This document shows, piece by piece, positions 29,556 through 39,924 of a DNA stretch of 64,000 nucleotides. This DNA comes from Candidatus Levyibacteriota bacterium (GTDB lineage: Bacteria; Patescibacteriota; Microgenomatia; Levybacterales; UBA12049). The DNA lies in NCBI GenBank assembly GCA_009695045.1, contig SIBS01000002.1, forward strand, positions 26,774 to 90,773. Direction: 5' to 3'. Position 1 is the first letter of the stretch. Each line of letters opens with the position of its first letter. Under the pieces are notes generated by a model, which made no database searches, was not told the DNA's origin, and saw nothing but the letters and a program-made list of their open reading frames with translations. A program made the translations under genes and the position numbers.

Positions 29556-30631
29556 ATAAAGGATCTATATTTAAAATAGATTTAGGTTTATTTCTTCCCA
29601 TATTAATTCTTATTACAATAAGCTTAACAGCGCTTTTTTCCTTACAAATTAATTATTTTAATTCTCAGCTTATTTATGTTTTTATTTCTGTCATTGCTTA
29701 TTTTATTTTTTCTCATATAAATGTTCGTATTATGCAGATTTATTCTTGGCAAATTTATATTATATGTTTGATCTCGCTAGTTTTTTTATATTTTTTTGGA
29801 ATAGAAAGTAGAGGAGCAGCTCGTTGGGTTGATATATTTGGTTTTCGTATTCAATTTTCTGAGATTTTTAAACCATTTCTTGCTTTTATTTTAGCTACTT
29901 ATTTATCAAGCCGATCACTTTCATCAAACACTTTTTTTGTAAGTATTTTTTTTACTTTTTTAATATTTATTTTTATTTTAATCCAACCAGACTTAGGAAG
30001 TTCGCTTATTTATGCTACTTCATTACTTATGATATTGCTGGTTGTTGGATTTCCTCTTTTATGGTTTGGTTATGGAATTATTAGTTTTATAGTGGCATCT
30101 CCTTTTATTTGGCAATTAATGCATGATTATCAACGACAAAGAATATTTACTTTTATTAATCCGGCTTCGGATCCACTTGGTAATTCATATAATTCAATAC
30201 AGGCTATAATTGCTATAGGATCAGGAATGCTTTTCGGAAAGGGACTAGGGGAGACTACGCAATCAGGGCTTCGTTTTTTACCAGAACGTCATACTGATTT
30301 TATTTTTGCAACAATATCTGAGGGGCTTGGATTTTTTGGTGCATTAATAATTATTTTATCGATGAGCTTTTTATTGTATAAAATTTATAATATATTTTTG
30401 GATTCTGATGATAAGCTTTGCAAGCTGTACGCGGTACTTGTTTTTTCTATTTTATTCATTCAGTTCGTTTTTAATGTTGGCATGAATATTGGTATTTTAC
30501 CTGTAGTAGGAATTACATTGCCATTTGTATCATATGGAGGAAGCTCATTATTGTCTAATTTTATTTTATTAGGTATCCTTACATCTATTCGCAATATTTC
30601 TCAAGATAAAAAAGTATTGGAAATTAAGTAG
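29552..30631 (+). CDS. rodA: SEDS protein RodA
   Basis: GAARWV, QFSEIFK, QPDLGS, YQRQRI, LPERHTDFIF, LPFVSYGGSS. Confidence 0.88.
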   Translation: MNKGSIFKIDLGLFLPILILITISLTALFSLQINYFNSQLIYVFISVIAYFIFSHINVRIMQIYSWQIYIICLISLVFLYFFGIESRGAARWVDIFGFRIQFSEIFKPFLAFILATYLSSRSLSSNTFFVSIFFTFLIFIFILIQPDLGSSLIYATSLLMILLVVGFPLLWFGYGIISFIVASPFIWQLMHDYQRQRIFTFINPASDPLGNSYNSIQAIIAIGSGMLFGKGLGETTQSGLRFLPERHTDFIFATISEGLGFFGALIIILSMSFLLYKIYNIFLDSDDKLCKLYAVLVFSILFIQFVFNVGMNIGILPVVGITLPFVSYGGSSLLSNFILLGILTSIRNISQDKKVLEIK

Positions 30632-30654
30632 AAAATTTGCTATAATAAATAACT

Positions 30655-31062
30655 ATGCAATACGCAATTATCAGAACAGGTGGAAAACAATATAAGGTTA
30701 AAGTAGATGATGTTATAGAAATTGATAGACTCAATTCACTATCTGATATCATAATATTTAATGAAGTGCTTTTGGTATCTATGGATGGTAAGGTAATTAT
30801 TGGTAAACCTTTTATTTCAGACATGAAAGTTTCAGCAAAAGTATTAGCTGATTTCAAGGGGGAAAAAATTCGTGTGGCAAAATTTAAAGCAAAAGCAAGA
30901 TATAGAAGGGTTATTGGTTTTAGACCATCTCTTACAAGGATTCAGATTAATTCTATTGGTGATTCAAATTTATATCTAGATAAAAAAGAAGAAATAAATG
31001 TAGATACAATTATTAAAAAGACTTCGATTAAAAAGTCTATTTTAAAAAAAGCTATAAAATAA
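30655..31062 (+). CDS. rplU: 50S ribosomal protein L21 with basic C-terminal extension
   Basis: YAIIRTGGKQYKV, GKP, GFRP. Confidence 0.95.
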   Translation: MQYAIIRTGGKQYKVKVDDVIEIDRLNSLSDIIIFNEVLLVSMDGKVIIGKPFISDMKVSAKVLADFKGEKIRVAKFKAKARYRRVIGFRPSLTRIQINSIGDSNLYLDKKEEINVDTIIKKTSIKKSILKKAIK

Positions 31063-31132
31063 TAAGTGACATATTTTGATCTGTTGACTTCTATAAAAAA
31101 ATAATTTATTATTCTATTGTTTTCATAAATAT

Positions 31133-31384
31133 ATGGCGCATACAAAATCGCAAGGAGCAGTTAGAGGAAATAGAGATTCAATAGCTAAGCGTTTAGGCGT
31201 AAAGCTATACGGTGGTCAATATGCAATAAACGGCAATATTATTGTTAGGCAAAAAGGAACACGTATTTATCCGGGATCGGGAGTTTCTATGGGAAAAGAT
31301 TTTACAATTTATGCTACTTCTGATGGAATTGTTAAATTTAAACAACTTAGAGGAAAAAAATTAGTAGAGGTTTTAAATGGATAA
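31133..31384 (+). CDS. rpmA: 50S ribosomal protein L27
   Basis: MAHTKS, NRDS.AKRLGVK, IIVRQKGT. Confidence 0.97.
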   Translation: MAHTKSQGAVRGNRDSIAKRLGVKLYGGQYAINGNIIVRQKGTRIYPGSGVSMGKDFTIYATSDGIVKFKQLRGKKLVEVLNG

Positions 31385-32219
31385 TTCTGATCATAGAATA
31401 TACGAGCTAGAAACTAATTTATTGCAGGCAAATCCTCTTCAGCCACGTGGAATTATTACTTCTGATTCCTTGAATGATTTAGTTGACTCAATAAGAGAGC
31501 AGGGAATATTGGAGCCTATTGTTGTTGCAAGAACTCCAGCTGGTTTTCAAATTATTGCTGGTGAGCGTAGATGGCGTGCCGCAAGAGTTCTCGGGCTCGT
31601 CAATGTACCGGTTGTTGTAAGAGAAACTACTCCACAAGGAATGCTTGAAATGTCTATAGTGGAAAACGTTCAAAGAGAAGATCTCAATCCAATTGAGCGT
31701 GCACTTGCATATAAAAGATTAATTGATGAATTTGGTATTGGGACTAATGAGGTAGCAAAAAGGGTTGGAAAAAGTGCCCCTACTGTTTCTAATACAATTA
31801 GATTATTATCTCTTCCCGATGCTATTAAGGATGCCTTAGTTGCTGGTGTTATCACTGAGGGACATGTTCGTCCTCTTATTTCACTTGGTGATCCAAAATT
31901 AATGTTAGAACTTTTTAAAAAAATTCTTAGAGATAATAGTACAGTTCGTCAGACTGAAGACTTAGCAAGGCAAATTAAATCAGAGGTTCAAAGAAAAGAT
32001 CCTAGAGCATCAAAGGGGGACAGATTATGGGTTCCAGAATTAGATGAAATGGGAAAAGATTTGGAAAAAAAGTATCAATTAAGTAAAGTTCAAATATTTC
32101 AATCTAGAAGTCTTGCACGTATAACTTTAGTAATTAAGGGAGATATAGATTTTACCACACCTAAATTAAAAGCAATACAACAAATTCTTTCTGAGGGTGC
32201 TCCAAAAGAAATAGATTAA
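31377..32219 (+). CDS. parB: ParB/Spo0J partition protein
   Basis: NPLQPR, IIAGERRWRA, VENVQREDLNPIE, HTH (GKSAPTVSNTIRLL). Confidence 0.92.
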   Translation: MDNSDHRIYELETNLLQANPLQPRGIITSDSLNDLVDSIREQGILEPIVVARTPAGFQIIAGERRWRAARVLGLVNVPVVVRETTPQGMLEMSIVENVQREDLNPIERALAYKRLIDEFGIGTNEVAKRVGKSAPTVSNTIRLLSLPDAIKDALVAGVITEGHVRPLISLGDPKLMLELFKKILRDNSTVRQTEDLARQIKSEVQRKDPRASKGDRLWVPELDEMGKDLEKKYQLSKVQIFQSRSLARITLVIKGDIDFTTPKLKAIQQILSEGAPKEID

Positions 32220-32224
32220 TAGAT

Positions 32225-32782
32225 TTATTCCTTAAAAGGATTATTAATAATTCTTAATCTATCTTGAGGCCAATAAACAAAAATAGATTTTCCAATTATA
32301 GCCTCTTTTGTTACAAATCCCCACTCCCTGGAATCCGAGCTATATTCACGATTATCTCCACATACAAAATAATTTTCTGATGGCACGGTAATAGATGATC
32401 CTTCTTTGAGGAAAATTCCCTCACTTGTTTTTATGTCAATGCCTAGATATGCGCTTTCATTAATCTTCTTATCATTTATGTATATTTCATTTTCAAGTAA
32501 TTTTATTTTATCTCCTGGTAAGCCTATTATGCGCTTGATAAAATCTTTATCTTTATCTTTTGGTGCTTTAAATACAATTACATCCCCTCTATTTAGATTA
32601 TTAAATTTTAAACCTATAAGATTTGTTATTACATATTCTCCATCATGAAATGTTGGATGCATAGATTTTCCACTTACTTCAAAGGGGCGAAAAAGCCAAG
32701 CATATACAATTAGAAATATAGAGAAAGCAAGTACAATGGTCTGAATAATATCAATAAAAAAATTGTAAATTTTTTGTATCAT
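32225..32782 (-). CDS. lepB: Signal peptidase I (start likely ATG 32782)
   Basis: VSGKSMHPT (Ser), FIKRIIGLPGD (Lys), GDNR..SSDSR. Confidence 0.93.
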   Translation of the reverse strand: MIQKIYNFFIDIIQTIVLAFSIFLIVYAWLFRPFEVSGKSMHPTFHDGEYVITNLIGLKFNNLNRGDVIVFKAPKDKDKDFIKRIIGLPGDKIKLLENEIYINDKKINESAYLGIDIKTSEGIFLKEGSSITVPSENYFVCGDNREYSSDSREWGFVTKEAIIGKSIFVYWPQDRLRIINNPFKE

Positions 32783-32873
32783 AATATTTATATATTGTGT
32801 CAAATAGCATATGATTTTGTCAATGTTAATAAATTATGGTAATATATCTCAGAAATTAGCCAGTATAGTTAAT

Positions 32874-32946
32874 GGACCCTTAGCTCAGTTGGTAGAGCAC
32901 TGCATTCACATTGCAAAGGTCAGAAGTTCGAGACTTCTAGGGTCCA
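32874..32946 (+). tRNA. tRNA-Val(CAC)
   Basis: Cloverleaf: acceptor GGACCCT/AGGGTCC, D-stem GCTC/GAGC, anticodon loop TTCACAT, T-arm AGAAG-TTCGAGA-CTTCT; CCA not encoded. Confidence 0.92.
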
Positions 32947-33064
32947 CAAGATTATATATAAAATTTGTAGTCTTAAGATTATTTTTTAAAGTTATCATTT
33001 TTAATTTATTAAGATATAAAAAATTATTTGGTGAATCAAATATTTTTGTTATAAATCAAAAACT

Positions 33065-34111
33065 ATGACCATTGTCTTTTTTTGTCGATTGTTTTATCCC
33101 CATATTGGTGGTGTGGAAAAACATGTAATGGAAATTGCTAAACGATTAGTTTCACTTGGTAATAAGCTAATAATTATAACAGAATCATCTCTCGAAGTTT
33201 ATTCAGAAGGAAATAAGCCAATTTTATTTGAAATAATTGATAATATTGAAGTATATCGTATTCCAGTTGAAAAGAATGAATCAAGTAAAAAATGGATTAT
33301 CTGGCGATGGATGTGGAAGAATAAGCAAATTTGGCATAATGCTGATATTTTGCACTTTCATGATGTTTTTTTCTGGTATTTGCCGTTTCGATTATTAAAT
33401 TTATCTAAAAATGCATACATAACTTTTCATGGTTATGAGGGTTATCCTCTTAAAAAAAAAGCGGTTTTAATAAGAAAACTTGCTGAAATATTAACAAATG
33501 GAAATATTTGCATAGGAGATTTTATAAAAAAGTGGTATGGAACAAAATCTACATATGTTTCATATGGAGCGGTGAACATTTCTAAAGAGAAAAAAGTTCA
33601 CCAACCTTCTCCATTCTCAGCGCTTTTTTATGGCAGATTGGATAATCAGACTGGGATAACGATATATGATGCTGCAATGATTATAATAAATAAAAAATAT
33701 CCACAATTTTCTCTAACAATTATTGGTGACGGACCCTTGAGAGATAAAATTGATGATAAAATAAGGCGTTTTGGATATCAAATCAATATTTCAGAATATC
33801 TTAAAAATAATAGATTTGTTTTTATTTCTAGCTATCTTTCTATTCTTGAAGCACTTGCTGCCAAAAGACTTGTTTTTGCGGTTTACGATAATCCTATAAA
33901 AAAAGATTATTTAGAGATGGCCCCATTTGCGTCATTTATTATTATCGAAAATAGCCATCAAAAATTAGCTGAAAAAGTTGCCTTTTTTATAAAAAATCCA
34001 ACCTTAGAAGCTTACAAGATTGAAGAAGGATACAAATGGGTCAAAAATCAGACATGGGATAGTGTTGTCAAATTATATTTAAAATTATGGAATAAGCATA
34101 ATATAATATGA
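33065..34111 (+). CDS. Glycosyltransferase family 4
   Basis: FYPHIGGVEKH, TFHG, FYGRL, IIGDGP, LEAL. Confidence 0.88.
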   Translation: MTIVFFCRLFYPHIGGVEKHVMEIAKRLVSLGNKLIIITESSLEVYSEGNKPILFEIIDNIEVYRIPVEKNESSKKWIIWRWMWKNKQIWHNADILHFHDVFFWYLPFRLLNLSKNAYITFHGYEGYPLKKKAVLIRKLAEILTNGNICIGDFIKKWYGTKSTYVSYGAVNISKEKKVHQPSPFSALFYGRLDNQTGITIYDAAMIIINKKYPQFSLTIIGDGPLRDKIDDKIRRFGYQINISEYLKNNRFVFISSYLSILEALAAKRLVFAVYDNPIKKDYLEMAPFASFIIIENSHQKLAEKVAFFIKNPTLEAYKIEEGYKWVKNQTWDSVVKLYLKLWNKHNII

Positions 34112-35043
34112 AAATATCACTTTGTATTACTGTTTTTAATGAAGAAAAATCCATAAAAAGACTCCTTACTAGTATTGAACGTCAAACAAAACTTCCTGAT
34201 GAGATAGTAATTGTTGATGGAGGAAGCATTGATAAGACAATAGATTTTTTAAATAAGCATAAATCATATATTAAACAGGTAAAAATAATTGTAAAAAAAG
34301 GAAATAGAGCAATAGGAAGAAATGAAGCAATACGCCTCGCAACAGGTAATATTATAGCAATAACTGATGCAGGATGTGAGTTAGATAGTCATTGGTTAGA
34401 AGAAATTACTAATCCTTTTGATAGTAAAAAAATACAGGTTGTTAGTGGATATTATAAAGGTAAATCAAAAAATTCATTAGAAGCATCATTAGTTCCATAC
34501 GTGCTGGTAATGCGAGATAAAGTTAATTCTAAAAACTTTCTTCCTTCAACAAGATCTATGGCAATGCGTAAGAATTTGTGGAAACAGCTTGGTGGATTCC
34601 CTATTCAATATACATGGAATGAAGACTTTGTTTTCAGCAAGCAAATAGAAAAAGTCGGTATAATTCCAATTTTTGCAGAAAATGCGATAGTTTTTTGGTT
34701 TCCTCGTGAAACAATCTGGCAAGGGTGGAACATGTTTTATGCATTTGCAAAAGGAGATGCGCAAGCTGATATTTGGCGTCCTAAAGTAATTATTTTATTA
34801 CTTCGTATGATATTTGTCAGCTTCTTTTTCATATATGCAGTTCTTATGCAAAATATACTTGTGTGGCAAATACTTGGAGGGGGAGCAATTTTTTATGGAT
34901 TGTGGGCAATATCCAAGAATTATTGTTATGTAAAAACCCCTATGGCTTTTATTTATTTACCTCTTTGGCAAGTTATTTCAGATAACGCTGTTTTTGTTGG
35001 TACATTTGTGGGTTTTTTTTGGAAAAAAATCAAACAGAAATAA
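34108..35043 (+). CDS. Glycosyltransferase family 2 with C-terminal TM segments
   Basis: ITVFNEE, VDGGSID, GRNEAI, TDAG, GGF...ED. Confidence 0.9.
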   Translation: MKISLCITVFNEEKSIKRLLTSIERQTKLPDEIVIVDGGSIDKTIDFLNKHKSYIKQVKIIVKKGNRAIGRNEAIRLATGNIIAITDAGCELDSHWLEEITNPFDSKKIQVVSGYYKGKSKNSLEASLVPYVLVMRDKVNSKNFLPSTRSMAMRKNLWKQLGGFPIQYTWNEDFVFSKQIEKVGIIPIFAENAIVFWFPRETIWQGWNMFYAFAKGDAQADIWRPKVIILLLRMIFVSFFFIYAVLMQNILVWQILGGGAIFYGLWAISKNYCYVKTPMAFIYLPLWQVISDNAVFVGTFVGFFWKKIKQK

Positions 35044-35241
35044 TAAGATAAAAAATATATAAATATTTTTTTTATTTTGTTATTTTTTACATCATCAATA
35101 TTTATTAAAAAAATCTAATAGCTTCTATTGATCTTATAATTAACAATAAAATGTACAAGTACTATCAAAAATAGCGTTATATTTATATGAATACAGAAGA
35201 AATAGCTTTGAGTGAATTAATTAAGTATAATAAGAATAGTT

Positions 35242-36459
35242 ATGGGATATATGACTCATGTAATAAAAGGAATTTCTTGGGTGGGATTATTCCGATTTGG
35301 CACAAGAGGCATATCTTTTTTTAGAATTGCCATAATTGCTCGCATTCTTTCTCCATTACAGTTTGGTTTATTTGGTATTGCATCATTAATGTTATCTATG
35401 ATAGAAGTCATAACAGAGATAGGTATAAATGTAATTTTATTACAAATTAAAGAAAAAATTGATGAATATATAAATACTGCATGGATAATATCTATTATTA
35501 GGGGTATTTTAATTTTTTTTATTATTTTTATATCATCATTTATTATGGTGAAATTTTTCAACGCAGCAGATGCAATATATCTTATTATGTTGATTAGTCT
35601 TGTTCCATTAATTCGAGGATTTATTAATCCTGCGATTATTAAATTTCAAAAGGATCTTCTTTTTGAAAAAGAATTTTATTATAGAACTGCGATTTTTTTT
35701 GTTGAATCTATTGTTACAATAACTCTGGTTATGTTATTGCAATCACCTAGCGCATTGATTTGGGGATTAATTGCAGGCGCTTTTTTTGAGGTTATTATTT
35801 CCTTTTATTTCATACGACCGATTCCTAAAATTATCTTTAATTATGTTATTGCAAGACATATAATTTCTCGCGGAAAATGGATGAATATGACTAGTATTTT
35901 TTCTTATTTTTTTCAAAACGGTGATAAAATTGCTGTTGGACGAATTATTGGAATTAGTGCCTTAGGTATTTATGAAATGGCATATAAAATAGCTATGCTT
36001 CCAATTACAGAGATTTCAAATGTAATCGTTAGGGTTACATTTCCTGTATATCTAAGGATAGCAGATGATAAAGCAAGAATGCGTAAGGCGTATTTCCAAA
36101 GTCTTTTGTTGGTTGCAGTTGTCAGTGTCCCGATTGGATTAATTTTTATTATTTTTCCTCAAGATATAGTAAAAATTATTTTAGGGCAAAAATGGTTAGT
36201 TGCTGCGCCCGTGTTTCAGGTATTGGCTATTGTTGGAGTTATTCAAGCAATCATGGGGGATTCTGGTGCCATATTTTTAGCAAATAAAAAACAAGAATAT
36301 ACGACAATTAATACAGGGATTAGTTTTTTGATTATGGCAATCATGATAGTTCCATTAACGCATGCATACGGATTAATTGGCGCAGGACTTGCAGTAATTG
36401 TTGGTGCTGTTGCAACGCTTCCCGTTACTATTTATTTTTTAGTAAAACTTTTAAAATAA
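35242..36459 (+). CDS. Wzx/WzxC-type polysaccharide flippase
   Basis: ARILSP.QFG, N.DK..VGR, GIYEMAY, GQKW; MOP-family TM pattern. Confidence 0.88.
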   Translation: MGYMTHVIKGISWVGLFRFGTRGISFFRIAIIARILSPLQFGLFGIASLMLSMIEVITEIGINVILLQIKEKIDEYINTAWIISIIRGILIFFIIFISSFIMVKFFNAADAIYLIMLISLVPLIRGFINPAIIKFQKDLLFEKEFYYRTAIFFVESIVTITLVMLLQSPSALIWGLIAGAFFEVIISFYFIRPIPKIIFNYVIARHIISRGKWMNMTSIFSYFFQNGDKIAVGRIIGISALGIYEMAYKIAMLPITEISNVIVRVTFPVYLRIADDKARMRKAYFQSLLLVAVVSVPIGLIFIIFPQDIVKIILGQKWLVAAPVFQVLAIVGVIQAIMGDSGAIFLANKKQEYTTINTGISFLIMAIMIVPLTHAYGLIGAGLAVIVGAVATLPVTIYFLVKLLK

Positions 36460-36631
36460 TATTTTATAAAGCATGTTGATTTCAATATTTATTCAATGTG
36501 CTATTATATATAATTGTCACAGATTAAGAATTTAAAAAATGAAGAAATTTTATACAAAATATTGAATAGTCTCTTTATTATGTGTATGTATATTAAAAAT
36601 GAAAGTAGACAAAAGTAGATAAAAAGAAAAT

Positions 36632-37735
36632 ATGAAAATTGCATTATTTCATGAAGTAGTTATTGGAGGAGCTAGAAGCTGCGCAAATGAATTTGCTAAA
36701 TCACTTCGAGAAAAAAAGCACATAGTAGATTTATATATTGTTGATAAAGAATATCCGATAGGAGAAAAAAAATATTATAATGAAATATATTATTACCCTT
36801 TTATTTCAAAAGATTGGAGAGGAAATAGTTGGAAAAATAAGCTATATAAGGATACAGTAGAGATCTATAAATTATACACACTTCATAAAAAAATCGCAAA
36901 TGATATTGAAAAAAAATCATATGATTTTGCTTTTATCCATCCATCTCAATATACACAAGCACCATTTTTGCTTCGTTTTTTGAAAATCTCAAAGCTATAT
37001 TATTGTCAAGAATCACTGAGGATGATTTATGAAAAAAGTTTTGATGAAACAGAAAATTTAGATATATTTAAAAAACGATATGAAAGAATTACTCGAAAAA
37101 TACGAAAAATATTGGATAGAAAAAATATTTCATCAGCAGATATAATTTTTACTAATTCTACTTTTACACAGAATAATATATGGAAAGCATATCATTTAAA
37201 AAGTATCATATGTCATATGGGGGTTGATACGAAAATATTTTTTGAAACAACAAAGAATAAAGATATAGATATTCTATATATTGGATCCGAAGATCCTATT
37301 GATGGATATGAATTATTCAATGAATCACGAAAATATATTAAAACAAAACTAAGTATAGATTATTTATTGCGTGGAAAAAAATGGTTAAGCGGAAAAAAGC
37401 TTATCGATTACTATAGTAGAGCAAAAATAGTTATTTGTTTTGGACAACGTGAACCGTTTGGGTTAGTGCCCATTGAGGCAATGAGCTGTGGAGCAATAGT
37501 AATTGCCTTAAATGAGGGTGGATATAAGGATTCAGTACAAGATAAAATAACAGGATTTTTAGTGTCTAAGAATCCTGTAACTATAGCAAAAGTTATTAAT
37601 AATGCTTTAAAACATCCAATTCTTTTGAATAGTATGTCAGAAAAATCAAAAGAAGAAATAAAAAAAAATTGGTTATGGAAAAATAGTATGGAAATAATTT
37701 TATTTAATTATGCAATATGGAAAAAAAACCAGTAG
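36632..37735 (+). CDS. Glycosyltransferase family 4
   Basis: GGA, TNSTFT, MGVD, EPFGLVPIEAMSCG. Confidence 0.9.
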   Translation: MKIALFHEVVIGGARSCANEFAKSLREKKHIVDLYIVDKEYPIGEKKYYNEIYYYPFISKDWRGNSWKNKLYKDTVEIYKLYTLHKKIANDIEKKSYDFAFIHPSQYTQAPFLLRFLKISKLYYCQESLRMIYEKSFDETENLDIFKKRYERITRKIRKILDRKNISSADIIFTNSTFTQNNIWKAYHLKSIICHMGVDTKIFFETTKNKDIDILYIGSEDPIDGYELFNESRKYIKTKLSIDYLLRGKKWLSGKKLIDYYSRAKIVICFGQREPFGLVPIEAMSCGAIVIALNEGGYKDSVQDKITGFLVSKNPVTIAKVINNALKHPILLNSMSEKSKEEIKKNWLWKNSMEIILFNYAIWKKNQ

Positions 37736-39924
37736 TTAGCATCATTATAGTTCATTATCAAGTAAAAAAACAATTATTTAATTGTCTTCAATCTATTTAT
37801 GAAAAAAAGTCTAAATATCATTTTGAAATTATTGTTATTGATAATGATGAAAATCCATATATAGAAAAATATCTCGTAAAGAAATTTCCTAGAGTTAAAT
37901 ATATAAAAAATGAGATTAATAATGGGTATAGTGGGGGAAATAATCTCGGTGCATTATCTTCAAAGGGAGAATTTATTTTTTTCCTCAATCCTGATACTCT
38001 TTTTAAAAATAATGTCTTAGATCAATTGTTAATAAAAATGATGACATATAAATATATTGGCATAGTAGCTCCTTTGCTTTTTAAGGAAAACGGAAAACCA
38101 TTCATACTGCAAGGATCGAAAGAACTTACACCTTTACGAGCAATTTTTTCTTTATCATTTATATATAAATTATTTCCCAATAATAATATTGCAAATGAAT
38201 TTTGGTTAAAAAAATGGAATAAAAAAGAACATAAAGAAGTAGAAGTAGTTCCTGGAACTGCTTTTATGATACGAAAAAATATTTTTAAAAAAATAGGTGG
38301 ATTTGATGAAAATTATTTCCTTTATTTCGAGGAAAATGATATTTGTAAAAGAGTCATAGACTTAGGTAGTAAAATATATATGATATCAGATGCTCATGTT
38401 ATACATTTTTGGGGAGAAAGTACAAAAAAGAGTACAAAAAATATTAAAGCAATTTTTGAAAAAAGTAGATTTTATTATTTTAATAAATTTTATGGACTAC
38501 CTAAGGCATTCTTGGTAGAATTTATGCTTATTTTTTCAAAAGAAATATTATTTTTAATCGCCATTTTATTTTTAGCGGGATGGCTTCGCTTGCATGAGAT
38601 TGAAAGATACTTTCCATTTTTAGGAGATTTTGCATGGTTTTATATTTCAGCTCGAGATTTGTTAATTGATGGTATTTTTCCTTTCGTAGGTATTGCTTCA
38701 AGTCATCCATGGATTCATCAAGGTGCATTTTGGACATATCTTTTGGCTCCAGCACTTGCTATGGGTAATTTTAATCCAATTGCAGGAGGATATCTGTCTG
38801 GTAGTATTGGAATTTTAACAGTTTTAATTTTATATATTTGTACAAAAAATATGTTTGATAGAAGAATAGCAATTTTTACTAGTGCTTTTTTTGCAACATC
38901 ACCTTTGGTTGTTTTTCACTCAAGACTTCCATATCATACAGTACCTATTCCATTATTTGTTATATTATATTTTTATAGTTTGAATAAATGGGTCAAGGGA
39001 AATATTTATTATTTTCCTTTATCGTTGTTTTTTTTAGTAGTATTATATAATTTTGAATTGGCGACTTCAGTTTTTTCTCTACTTATTATCTGTCTTTTGG
39101 GATACGGTATTTATATAAAAGCAATATGGATAAAAAAATTATGGACTAAGAAAATAATATCGTTTTCAATTATTGCAGTATTAATTCCTTTATTGCCAAT
39201 GCTTTTTTATGATTTTTATCATGGATTTTCTCAGACATTACTATTTTTAATATGGATTGGATATAGATTTCTTTTAGTTTTAGGATATCCATCATTACAT
39301 CCTGAAATAAAAACAATTACATTTTCTAGCATGATCTATTTTATTAAAAATAATATACAAAATTACTATTATGTTTCATCATGGATATTTGCATTTTTTT
39401 TAGGAATAATAAGTATTTCTATTTGTGGCATATTATTTATTAAAAATAAAACATTAACTTATGCAATACTTTTTTTAGGAATATTAATTCCTGGTATTAT
39501 AATTTTTTTCAGTAGAGTTCCATCTGAAGCATATTTACCAATGTTTTTTCCACAATTAGCAATATGCATTGGTATAGCATTCTCTTATTTGTATAAATAT
39601 TCACCAAATTATTCATGGATAATAGTAGTTTTTTTTATATTTTTAATTATTTCAAATTCCGTCAATATCATTTCTAAAAATTTCTTGACTAAAAATGAAA
39701 ATAAATTCTATAAAAAAATTGTAGCCGCTCAAGAAATTATCTCACTTGCAGAAGGAAAAGAATACATTATACTAGGAGGAGGAATAAATGGTAAATTTGA
39801 AAGCTTTATTATGCCATATAAATATTTGACCTGGTTTTTGGGTTATTCTGAAAATAAGAAAGCTAAAATAAAGATAGAAGTGTCAGAAGATGAAATGGGT
39901 ATATATTTAAAAAAATATGATTAG
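37717..39924 (+). CDS. Fusion: GT2 glycosyltransferase + GT-C (ArnT/PMT-like) membrane domain
   Basis: N-half GT2 (IDN, NNGYSGGNN, LNPDT, GGFDENYFLYFEEND); C-half multi-TM with LRL..I...F.GD, HQGAFWTYLLAP. Confidence 0.8.
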   Translation: MEKKPVVSIIIVHYQVKKQLFNCLQSIYEKKSKYHFEIIVIDNDENPYIEKYLVKKFPRVKYIKNEINNGYSGGNNLGALSSKGEFIFFLNPDTLFKNNVLDQLLIKMMTYKYIGIVAPLLFKENGKPFILQGSKELTPLRAIFSLSFIYKLFPNNNIANEFWLKKWNKKEHKEVEVVPGTAFMIRKNIFKKIGGFDENYFLYFEENDICKRVIDLGSKIYMISDAHVIHFWGESTKKSTKNIKAIFEKSRFYYFNKFYGLPKAFLVEFMLIFSKEILFLIAILFLAGWLRLHEIERYFPFLGDFAWFYISARDLLIDGIFPFVGIASSHPWIHQGAFWTYLLAPALAMGNFNPIAGGYLSGSIGILTVLILYICTKNMFDRRIAIFTSAFFATSPLVVFHSRLPYHTVPIPLFVILYFYSLNKWVKGNIYYFPLSLFFLVVLYNFELATSVFSLLIICLLGYGIYIKAIWIKKLWTKKIISFSIIAVLIPLLPMLFYDFYHGFSQTLLFLIWIGYRFLLVLGYPSLHPEIKTITFSSMIYFIKNNIQNYYYVSSWIFAFFLGIISISICGILFIKNKTLTYAILFLGILIPGIIIFFSRVPSEAYLPMFFPQLAICIGIAFSYLYKYSPNYSWIIVVFFIFLIISNSVNIISKNFLTKNENKFYKKIVAAQEIISLAEGKEYIILGGGINGKFESFIMPYKYLTWFLGYSENKKAKIKIEVSEDEMGIYLKKYD

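Noticed and set aside
32811-33068. 85-aa ORF in the track
   Set aside because: Overlaps tRNA-Val and its promoter; shadow ORF
33451-33460. Poly-A tracts and the TA run near 40686 as phase-variation switches
   Set aside because: Runs of 8-9 A/T are frequent throughout this AT-rich window and the host ORFs are intact
34697-34713. parS-like sequence GGTTTCCTCGTGAAACA
   Set aside because: Only the right half matches TGTTTCACGTGAAACA, spacing is off, and it lies inside a glycosyltransferase coding region
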